Positions 1 to 10,884 of a stretch of DNA of 64,000 nt are shown piece by piece (the first letter of the stretch is position 1; each line of letters begins with the position of its first letter). Both the position numbers and the translations under genes were made by a program. The notes under the pieces are model-generated. The model made no database searches. It worked only from the letters and a program-made list of their open reading frames with translations, and had not been told where the DNA came from. The stretch is from the human T2T-CHM13v2.0 reference genome, Homo sapiens, in assembly GCF_009914755.1 (NCBI RefSeq), contig NC_060929.1. The stretch is one strand, 5' to 3'.

Positions 1-439
1 TTACTCTACTTTGACCTGCAGTTACTTGCCTACCCCGAGAAATTCCTGCTTTGATTCTGCAATCTCCCTTGTATAGCACAAGATACAGAGGTCAATGCCC
101 AGGCTGTATCCCAAGTGGAGACACTAATAGGAGGCTCTCCTTATATTAAGCAAGGGGAGAAAAAAAAAGGACAATGAACTCATGGTTATAGTGCTACACA
201 TAAACTCCTCTCTCACATCTTTGCAGGAGAATACAGAGGAAGTTGTTGGGCCCTGTCTGGAGTAGGTATTAAAGGAAAAGAAAGAGTGTTCCTACCAAAT
301 TATAGACATTAGCTACAGCATTGCCTGGGAGATACAGGGATCCACAGATTACAAACTTGTTTATGGTCACCCAAGACCAGACATACAGAAACTTGGCAGT
401 AGCAAATGCATATTCTCTCTATAGAGAAAATTGTCTATT

Positions 440-577
440 GACCTTCAAAATATTACCACAATAAAACCCTTAGACAATAAACTGCACACAAATAACCAAG
501 CACACAAGGAAAGAAATCACCATGAGTAAAATCAAGAAGAAACAGTAGAATAACTGAATCATACCCACAAGATTACA
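440..577 (+). mobile_element. Old L1M fragment (5'/ORF1-proximal)
   Basis: A-rich AACCAAGCACACAAGGAAAGAAATCACCATGAGT... resembles L1M 5' region; recalled similarity only. Confidence 0.4.
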
Positions 578-1200
578 GTATTTCAAAGAGATATCTGCAC
601 TCCCATGTTTATTGCAGCACTATTCACGATGGTCAAGATATGGAATAAATCTAAGTATCCATCAACACATGAATGGATAAAGAATATATGGTATATATAC
701 ACAATGGAATACTATTCAGCCATAAAAAGGATAAAATCATGCCATTTGGCTCAATGGGGATAGAACTGGTGGCCATTATGTAAAGTAAAATAAGCCCAGT
801 ACAGAAAGACAAACATTGCATGTTCTCACTGATTCATATATATTAATACAGAATAAAGTAAAGTAGATTCTATGGAAGCATAGAGTAGAATTGTGGTAAC
901 CAAAGGTTGGGAAGGGAAGTGAGAAGGAGGAGATGAAGAGAAGTTGGTTAAGGGGTACAAAAATACAGTTAGATAGAAGAAGTACGTTTTAGTATTTGAC
1001 AGTACGGTTGGAGAATTAAAGTTAACAATAATATTGTATATTTCAAAATGCCTAGAAGAATTGCAAGACAAAGAAAAGTTAAACGTTTGAAAGAAAAGAT
1101 AAATGTTTAAGGTGATGGATATCTCAATTACCCTGATTTGATTATTATACATTGTATGCAGGTATCCAAAGGGCAATGTAACCCAAAAATGTGAACAACT
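578..1200 (+). mobile_element. L1MA-type 3' end
   Basis: CAAAGAGATATCTGCACTCCCATGTTTATTGCAGCACTATTCAC...ATGGAATACTATTCAGCCATAAAAAG...GGTGATGGATATCTCAATTACCCTGATTTG are hallmark L1MA ORF2-end/3'UTR motifs. Confidence 0.9.
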
Positions 1201-1209
1201 GGTATATAT

Positions 1210-1376
1210 GGAGCATCAGGAAGAGTAGCTAATGGATGTGGAGCTTAATACCAAGGCGATGGGTTGATTTGTGCAGCAAACCACCATGGTTCACGTTTAC
1301 CTGTGTAGCATACCTGTACATCCTGCACATATACCCGAGCTTAAAAGTTGAAGGAAAATAAATAAATTTAATATAA
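1210..1376 (+). mobile_element. L1PA 3' terminal fragment
   Basis: AGCATCAGGAAGAGTAGCTAATGGATG...GCAGCAAACCACCATGG...CATCCTGCACATATACCC followed by A-rich tail. Confidence 0.85.
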
Positions 1377-1379
1377 ATA

Positions 1380-2245
1380 TTTATTTTGAATTCTTTATCA
1401 GGAAGTTTGTATATCTCCATGTCTTTTGGGTCAGCTACTAGAAGATTATTGTGTTCTTTGGGTAGGAGTTATGTCTCGTTATTGGTTTTTTGTGTTTCTT
1501 GTTGACTTACATTGAGGTCTGAACATTTGAAAAAGTAGAGGCTTGTTCCAGTCTGCAGACTGGCTTTGTCTTGGGGGAGCCCTTCACCAGTCAGCCTACC
1601 CAGAGATTCTGGGTATACCACCTGGTATGGTTCATGAGCAGGCTTGCTGCTAATGTCCTCCAGCAGGCTGGCCTGTTTCTTGGGTCAGCAGGTGAGCAGA
1701 CCCTGGTGCCTGGGTCTGCAGGTGCCAACCTGGTGACTAGGGCCATGGGGGGTATTCTAGGGCTGGGGTGGGCATGAAGTCTGGGGCTGTAGGGGCCATC
1801 CCAGTGCTGGGGGTGGTCTGGAGCCTAGGGCTGCTGGGGCTACCCTGGCCCTAGGGTGGGCCTAGAGTCTGAATCTGTGGGGGCTGACCTGGCCCTAGGG
1901 TAGATCCAAAGCCACTGAGGCCCAGTCTGGATCCTGGGGCTGAGGCAGGCCTGAAGACTGAGTCTGCCAGGCCGGACTGGAGCCTGGGGCTGCAGGATCC
2001 AGCCTTGGACTAGGGTAGTCCTATAGGTTCAGTCCAGAGGGACCGGCCTGGAGTCTTAGGTTATGGTGAGCCCAGTGTTGGGTTTTACTGTGGCAGGCCC
2101 AGTGTTGGCATCCAAGGCAAAGTGCAGTGCTTACTTTTCTCTCCTTTCCCCAAGTGAAGGGTATCTCTCTCCATGCCGTGCTGCCTGAAGTTGGGGGCAG
2201 TGATGCAGGTAATATAAAGCTGTCCTTCTCACCCTCCCCAGTGCT
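1380..2245 (-). mobile_element. L1M 5'UTR/ORF1 start with degenerate G-rich tandem repeats
   Basis: Minus-strand peptide MEIYKLPDKEFKI resembles L1 ORF1p N-terminus; adjacent repeated GGGGCT..CCTGG..CTAGGG units. Confidence 0.75.
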
Positions 2246-2249
2246 ACTC

Positions 2250-2630
2250 ATAACATCAGGATGAAGCTTACAAACAACACATTGAGTAAAAGGAGTCAGA
2301 CATAAAAGAACACATTGATATGATTCCCTCAATGTTAAGTTCAAGAGCAGGATAATCTAAACTACATTGTTTAGTGATGCTTTTTATAAGAGATAAAAAT
2401 ATCTTTAAAAAGCAATGATATAATTAACAAAATGTCAGAACAAAGATTAGTCTCTGGGAGGACAATATAGAAGGAAATTGGGAGTCTGACGAGGCTCTGT
2501 TTCTTAGACTGAATGGTTGTTACAGGGGTGCTTTCTTTAAAAGTGTTCCTTAAACAACAGCTTGTATAGATTGTATGCACTTCCCTGTCTGTATAATATA
2601 ATTCAAAATAAAACAAGGGAAATAATTTGC
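2250..2630 (+). mobile_element. L1MC/L1ME-type 3' end
   Basis: ATGAAGCTTACAAAC..ATTGAGTAAAAGGAGTCAGACATAAAAGAACACA..ATGATTCC motif. Confidence 0.75.
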
Positions 2631-4299
2631 AAAAGAAAATGTCTCCTGGATGTCTTGGACTTAGAAAATAAAAGCAAGAATTAGTAGGTAGCAGACAAGC
2701 TGTAAGCAATTTTGCACAGTTGGGTATACAAAGTGGTATTGGCTGATAGTTTTCACGTTCCACTCACGGAGAGGTAGATGGGTTTAATAGCTGTGTTTAA
2801 AGTGTCAGATGCAAGAACAATGATAGGTTTCCCTTAAACGATTTTCACTAATTCCCTCCCAGCTCAAGAACTTTTTTCATTAAAATGGTCCTTTGCTGCC
2901 TATCAGAAACAATTAAATCCTCACCTCATAGCAGTCTCCATCTTACGTCAACCACTCCCTTTGGCCCCCAAAATATACCTCCAATATTATCTAACACGAA
3001 CTGGAATTGCCACATGGTCAAGGCAATAAAGAAATAAAGCCACGAAAGAAACCAAATGAAAGCAAAGGTATAAAATGATTTAGATGTTAGTCTGCAGAAA
3101 GAAAAAGCTGAAGGAATTAGAAACAGCCACAGGAACTTTCTGTGAACCAGGAGAGGCACTTCCATTTACAAACCACACTTTGTTTTTCATAGAGTGGGCT
3201 TGATCATCACTTAAGAACTGAAAATTCAGCATTCCTTCTAAGGTGCATTTTGTTCAAATTGATATAAGTGCCCCAGATGGTTTGGCTTATGGTATCCCAT
3301 TGATTATTGCGTTCTGCTCTTGCAAGTCATAGATCTGTTGTAATCTAACTGTCTGGGGAGTGGCCATTATTCTAGTTTCAAACCCATTCTGTCCTCAGTC
3401 ACACGCATTCAAGCAAAGTAATGCAGGGGGACCAGATAAAAGCCGCCCATTAGAAACCTCAGTTGCTGCTTGCCTCTCCCACAGAATTGAATATATTACT
3501 CCAGCTATCGTCAACAAACATGCTTCAACAACAGGATCCTCACTGTTTGGAAGACAGCCCCTGAGACCCAGAGCAAATGGGTCAAAGTCTCAGTTACATC
3601 AGTATAACTACAAAGACAATAATTCTTACCTCTCTCACAGGATCCAGTGAAAAAGTAAGTGAATAAAAATAGACTGAAAACAGCAATGTAAGGAGCTAAA
3701 AGTACTGTGTGCATTGTTGTAAAATATTAAGTCAACAGTCCAATCATTTATTGCCACTGAAAGTCTAATATCTTATCTGACAGGTTGTAAACTTTCAGAG
3801 ACATAAGCTTGAAGTGTGTATGTTTGTGTGTTTTAAGTGTGAACTGAAGCAGGTGGCAATAAGGGGAAGAAGGAGGGGAAATGGGAAGAAAAGTAACACG
3901 AAGAAGAAATGCATAAAGAAGAGACCATGATCCAGTGGGCAAATAACTCAGTTGAATCTTTGAAGAAACAGGTGTCAATGCTTGTTATCATGGTGAAGGT
4001 CAAGTAACATTTTTCTAGACATTTATCTTTACTGCTCTCTGCTAGGAATGACACCAGCGAATCACAATACTGCCCTCCTAGCCTCTCAGCCTGTGCTGCC
4101 TCCCACCATGGAGGCACACCACTGCCATTCTCCATTGACCTTCCCTCATCTCCCTCCCCAGCTCAGGCTCCTTGCCTCACAGCTCATCTCTCCAGACTCT
4201 GAGTACATTTCAAACTGTCTATGGCACCAAATAATAAGACAAAACAAAATAGGAAATAACAAGCTAAAGAATCAGGTCTAGGAAGGAAGCTCCCTTTCA

Positions 4300-4700
4300 G
4301 TCAGAACCCTCTAGTTTCTTGTGTTACTTCAGGTCGGCTGTGGATTTGATGTGTAAAAGGATGTGTGGGGAAAGAGAGCAGAAATTAGGAAAAGACTTCA
4401 GCCTGGGATGTAGGTCTGATACTGCGGAAGGAGAGAGGGATAGAATATTGGAGAGCAAGAGTCTCAAACTGCAGGAAAAAATGGCTTGGCCAGACCTATG
4501 GGCAGTCCTTAAGGCAAAGTTACCCACTGGAGAGCTCCATGTCATGTCTCAGTACCCATCTGTGCTCAGCCACTGGATGGCTGCAGCCTGCAGAAAGGTT
4601 GGTCGCAGTGAAAATGTGGGAGCAGTTAAAAAGGGACACAGGTGGGGCCATTTGTGCTTCCTGCAGCAAGACGATCTAAGCAGCAGCCCCTCAAGAAATA
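4300..4700 (-). mobile_element. LTR33-like ERVL solo LTR
   Basis: GATGTAGGTCTGATACTGCGGAAGGAGAGAGGG...GGCAAAGTTACCCACTGGAG...TGTGCTCAGCCACTGGATGG matches recalled LTR33 reverse complement. Confidence 0.65.
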
Positions 4701-4804
4701 TGTTCCTTTACCTATTGGTCACCTGAAAGTAAGGGCCTTTTTTTTTTGCTCACTCCATAGCATAGAAGTTGCAAACTGACTGTAATGGACAATCTGGGAA
4801 GATG

Positions 4805-4807
<3 letters not shown>

Positions 4808-4844
<37 letters not shown>
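4808..4844. repeat. Poly-T tract (37 nt)
   Basis: Uninterrupted T run. Confidence 0.95.
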
Positions 4845-4847
<3 letters not shown>

Positions 4848-5129
4848 ATTGCATTTGGGTATTGAATAGTGTTTTAAAAACTTTTGAGCTAGTGACCAAT
4901 ATTTAAAACAAATAGATTTTACATTTTTAAAATTCACACTTCCAGCTTTTCTTGAAATGAAATGCAAAGGGACAACATTCTTTCACGCTGGTGGAAAAAC
5001 AGCCTTCCCCCTTAGTGGACATTCACTCTGCAGCTGGCCGTATTTCCCACCATTCCTTTATGCCTACACCAGCCCACGCACAGATCACTTTACTGACTGT
5101 TCTCCATGATCATTTAAGGCTTTAAGTCT

Positions 5130-5275
5130 CCTGCATTCATGCCTGTGTCACCATTAGAACATAATATCACTGACGGCAATTATTTTGTCTGTTTGGATCA
5201 TTGACAGGCAATTAATTGCCTGCAACAGTACAAGTTACATATTAGCTGCCCAATAAATATTTGTTCAATAAAATA
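5130..5275 (+). mobile_element. L2 3' end relic
   Basis: Ends in CAATAAATATTTGTTCAATAAAAT, typical L2 tail. Confidence 0.55.
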
Positions 5276-6329
5276 GGGTGCTATCAACATAGAGTGTTGG
5301 AAGAAATTGAGTGGATGGTGGTGGAGAAAAGGCACTTGTTTCAGAGTCTTGTCTATGGTTAGCTTTGCACTACCCACACACAACCAAACTGGCACCTAAG
5401 GGAGAAGGTGAGACTCCAGACACAGCAGTAGAGGGTGCTTGTTCTAAGGAATATGTAGAATCAAGGTGGTACAGAATGGGTGTGTATACAGCAGCAAAAA
5501 GTCTCCCCTTGCATGTCCTGTACCCTCTCGCAGGACTTCTTTACTCTCCTTTCAAATTTAGGATGAGGGAGTGGGTTTGTACAGAGAAGCAGTGCTTATC
5601 TCAGCTCCTGCCCTAGCCCCAGCTCAGCCTGAAGCATTGCTACAAAATACTCACTGGGTCACATTCCAGGGCAGCCAGGCATGAGGGGTCCTCACCCCAG
5701 AGCTAACGCACACTTAAGCATAATGGAACGAATTGAGTTCAATGATGATGCGATGGGTGATCCTCAAATGGCATAAAAATGCACATGGACAAATATTGCA
5801 AATCAAACCGAGAACTGCTGCCAGAGGCCAGTCCCCCGTGGTGTCTCACCAGCTCTGAAAATGATTACCAGATGATAAAGCAGAGCAGGCTCCCTGCAAT
5901 CTGATTACGAGGAGGGACTGGCAAATCCATTAGGAGCAAACAGGCCTCCTTCAAGTCCATTTTACTTGCTAAAATCAAGCAACGTTAAGTTTAAAAAAAA
6001 AAAATGAGCCAATTTTTCATCCCATTCTCATTGCCTCATAGTCAGTGCATTCGTTTTCAGTTAAAAGAGCTGGGAAGGTTTGCGCTTTGAGAGCAAACCT
6101 TCCTGCTATTAAAAATCAAAGTCAGACGTAAGCCTGGCATGAAGCAGAGAGCTAGTACCTTTAGTTTGTGGGCAACCTGTTCTGACAGCCTAACCTGCAG
6201 AAAAGCAGCCGTGGAGGAAGGGAAGCAACTCTGACCTTCTGTGCATCAGACCGCACAGAGCCCTCTGCTTGTGTCCTGTCACATAATTCCCTATTCCCTG
6301 GATAAGGAGATTTATAAAGAATCCACTAA

Positions 6330-6704
<375 letters not shown>

Positions 6705-7054
6705 TTCGATTTATTTTAAAACCACATCATCTTTTAATAAGCATAAAAAATGTTCATGTCCTCGAAAGATCTTGACATGGCTGGCTCCAGCTCTACCCCA
6801 CCTCTAGCTTGAGAGTCTTTTTCTTGTACACTTCCAGTAGCCAACAGGTTTCAGAGCTTTGTATTCCATAGAGTACATGATGGAAACAATGAACCATTTT
6901 CCCTGAAATATGAAAATATAATATCATATTAAATATGCTTTGAAACTAAACACTTCCCTCTACCACCATCACCACCTATCAAGATTCTGATACAGGCTTC
7001 GCTGACTTGGTTTGGCCCTCTCATGTTATACAGAAAGCGGCTGAGACCCAAAGA

Positions 7055-7354
7055 TTTTTTTTTTTTTTTTTTTTTGAGATGGAGTCTCGCTCTATCGCCC
7101 AGACTGGAGTGCAGTAGCGTGATGATCTCGGCTCACTGCAAAGCTCTGCCTCCTGGGTTCACGCCATTCTCCTGCCTCAGCCTACCGAGTAGCTGGGACG
7201 TGGGCTCCCACCAACACGTCTAATTTTTTGTATTTTTAGTAGAGATGGGGTTTCACTGTGTTAGCCAGGATGGTCTCGATCTCCTGACCTCGTGATCTGC
7301 CCCCTTGGCCTCCCATAGTGTTTGGATTACGGGCGTGAGCCACCGCACCTAGCC
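7055..7354 (-). mobile_element. AluY inserted in a MIR relic (~7020-7460)
   Basis: GGGTTCACGCCATTCTC and TTAGCCAGGATGGTCTCGATCTC; TSD AG(A/G)CCCAAAGATT at 7044-7056 and 7355-7367. Confidence 0.95.
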
Positions 7355-8135
7355 AGGCCCAAAGATTATTACTGACCTGAGGCTGCAGACTTGCTTTTCT
7401 TCCTAATGCTGGAACCTAACCCCGTGTTCCCTGACTCACATTAGATTGCTCTCTCAGTGCTCAGGGCTTTATACTCCAAACCCAGGGCTTCATACATGAC
7501 TGCCCAAGAACAAGAGGAAATTGTGAAAAGTGTCTTTGAAGAGGATCATATAAACAGTAATCTTTTGTATTGGCATCATTTGGATAGTGGTGTTGGGACC
7601 CAAGGGTGAACACACCCCTCCCCTTCAAAAGTTCTGGTCAATAAAGAACACTCAGAGGACAGTGCTCCTTGGGACAGTTACCCAAGTAAAGTTCAGGTCT
7701 GTACTCAACTAATGGCTAAGCAATTCTCCAATAACCACCAGAGGATAGGGCTCTCGGGTGAAAGCTAGATTAGAAAATATGACCTAGAGCTTAGACCAAA
7801 CATGATTTTTAAATTCTGAACACTACTCCTGCTATGCCCATAACTGAATACAAGTAGGCCAACAAAACAAAAGAATGGCTACTTCTTCTGGGGTTGGGAA
7901 GAGGGAGCCCTGTCCTGCTCTGCTTTCCTCAATGGAGCAGAAGCTAAGTGCATATTTCTTCTTGAACACACACCTGAGAAGCAGTCAAGAGGCCCTGCTG
8001 TGCCTGAGTGTGGTCTACCTATGCGTAAGAGGTGGAGGAAAGAGATGGAACATGTTCATGCCAACTTTCCCACCCGATAGGAAGAGGTAACTTTAGCAGA
8101 AGTTTCCCATCTCTTCTTAGAAGGTAAAGTAGCCT

Positions 8136-8435
<300 letters not shown>

Positions 8436-8869
8436 AGAAGGTGAAGTAGCCTATCACCATAGGCTACTTCATATGATGATAGAGTGCTCTATCATCATCC
8501 AGTTCCCATACACAAAAAATTAAACCCATTAATGGAATGGTAAAAAGTACATTCTTTATTGAACCAGAAACTGAGGAATTCCAGAGATTGGAAGTGACAG
8601 GGTACAGCTAGAGAAGGAGACTTCAGCCTGTGGCATGCAGGAAGACCCTCTGGAAAGGGAGAGAGAGGCCACAAACTGCCCCATAACCAAGTGAGGGCAC
8701 TAGCTTAAGGCTGTGATCACAAGGCCACCAGCAAGTGGTGGTGACTCAGCAAGCTGGATGGTTGACCTCCTCATATCTTCTTTCTTCCTTGGGTCAGGGA
8801 GCATTACAGGAATAAACACGTCCATACGGGTGGATGAAATAAAAGCAGGAGTTGGACCAGAGATAAGTG

Positions 8870-9090
8870 ATTATGGAGGCTGTCAGAGGATCACTCTGGC
8901 TGCTGAGTGGAGAACAGTTTATATGAGGTGTGGAGGGGGAGCAAGGAAGCCAGTGGGTGTGGCTGCAGTCTTTCAGGAGATGGAGCTAATGGTGTCCTGG
9001 ATGAGGGTATGAATGAAGGAATGGAGAGAAGGACACAAATTCTAGTGATATCCAGGATGTAAAATCAACAAGACAAAGTCATGGGTCAAG
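8870..9090 (-). mobile_element. L2 fragment
   Basis: GGATCACTCTGGCTGCTGAGTGGAGAA...GTAAAATCAACAAGAC typical of antisense L2. Confidence 0.65.
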
Positions 9091-9099
9091 TATGATTTT

Positions 9100-10750
9100 G
9101 TATCCCACTATGCCTATGGATTCACAATACAATGACCTTAGTACACTTCCACTCTATTTACTCATCCCTTATAATTTTTGCTCTTCTTCTCATGTTTGTA
9201 GTGATAATGTATGTTAAACATCTCAATGCATTATTTTTGATGTTTTTATAGTCACTATTCATTTCATTTCCATTTTCTGTTGGTCTTCCTTTCAGCATTC
9301 TGTGTTTTTACCTGGGATCACTTTCCTCTGAACTGAAGAACTCCCTTTGCTGTTTTCTTTAACACAAATGGGCTCCTGAAAAGTTCTCTTAGTTTTGACT
9401 TTTCTGAAAGTATTTCTTTTATTTCCACTTTGCTTTTGAAGAATGTTTTGCTAATTAAAGTAAAATTCTAGGTTCACAGTTATTTTCTTATATCACTTTA
9501 ACGAGATTATTCAATTGTGTTTTGACTCTCATTGTTTCCCATCACAAGTCAGTTGTCACTCTTCCTGTTTCCTTTCAAAGTCATCTGCCTTTTCAACACT
9601 TCTGGCTCCTTTCAGGATCTCCTTTTGTGTTTGGTGTTCAAAAATGACAGTGATATGCTAAAGCATGGTTTTCTTTGTATTTATCCTGCTGAGGCTCATA
9701 GGCCATGATTTTGAGTCTTAATGTCCTCCCAAAATCTTGAAAAATACTTGCCCATGATTATGTTTCTGTTCATTTTCTTTCTCCTCTCTTTCTGGAACTA
9801 CAATTATACCTGAAATTCAATCTTTTCATTATGACCCATATATCTCTTACTTACTCTTCTATACATTGAGACTTTTTATCTCTCTGTGTTTTTTAATATC
9901 TCTCTGGACATATTCTACAGACTTTCTTCCAGTTTACTAATTCTCTCTACTACCCTACCATGATGCCCATTGATTGAAATCTCAATTTCATTTATTTTTA
10001 TTTTTCCATTATAGGATTTCCATTGGAATTTTTATGGTTTCTGGTTCTCTGCTGAAATCCTTCATCTTGTAATTGTATTTCTTGAACATCTTAATTGCGA
10101 GTATTTAATATCCATGTACAATAACTCCAATTTCTAATTGTCTATGGGTCTGTTTTTACTATCTGTATTTCTCTTGTTTTTGGACAAACCTTATTTTTTT
10201 GTACACCTGTTTTATTTTCAAACACAACATTGTCAAATGTTGTATAAAAAATGTAGAGACAATTTAAGACTTTGAATAAGGTTATCACTCTCCAGAGAGA
10301 AACTAATTTTTCCTCTGGCAAATCACTTTTTTTCCGTCTGGGACTGAGCTGATTAGAAGTTGTTTTTCAGTCTTTCTGAGGAATGGCATGTTTCCAGTTC
10401 ACCCTTACTCATAGGATATAGGCCTTAAGCATAACAACCAAAAACCTGCAGTAATCACAGGACTTCTCCTTAGAAGGTCATTCACTACAATTTTTGTCCC
10501 TCTATCCTTGTGAGACTACAAAGAACTTTGCTTATAATCTTAACTTCTCAGATGTCATTTTTGTTTTCTGATTTTGCACTTGCCTTCTAGGCAAAAGCAG
10601 CTCCAAATGCCAGACACCTCTCTTTGTTTCCCTCTTTTTTCTGTATCTTAGCCCCAGAAATGCTCATTGCCTGAGCAGCTCTTTGAAGCCTTCAAATATG
10701 TGTCTATACCTGTGTGTATGTATGTTCTATATTTTCTCATTATTCTTCCT
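9100..10750 (-). mobile_element. Ancient L1ME/HAL1-like ORF1-region fragment
   Basis: T-rich; CTGGGATCACTTTCCTCTGAACTGAAGAACTCCCTTT...AAAATTCTAGGTTCACAGTTATTTTC. Confidence 0.7.
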
Positions 10751-10884
10751 GAATCCAAAACCACGTGGTCAGCCAAAAACAGAAAGGGGCAAAAGATGAT
10801 GCATGGGTTTGTTTCTGACTTGCTTAATAGATTTTATAATAATGACATTCACCATTACAGGGAATTCCAGAAAAGGACTGACTG

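Noticed and set aside
578-2245. Opposite-strand L1 pieces as a twin-priming inversion
   Set aside because: The inverted 5' piece lies downstream of the 3' end, the wrong geometry, and no shared TSD was found
5742-5857. Possible C/D box snoRNA (ATGATGA...CTGA)
   Set aside because: No convincing terminal stem and no recognisable rRNA/snRNA guide; these motifs are common by chance
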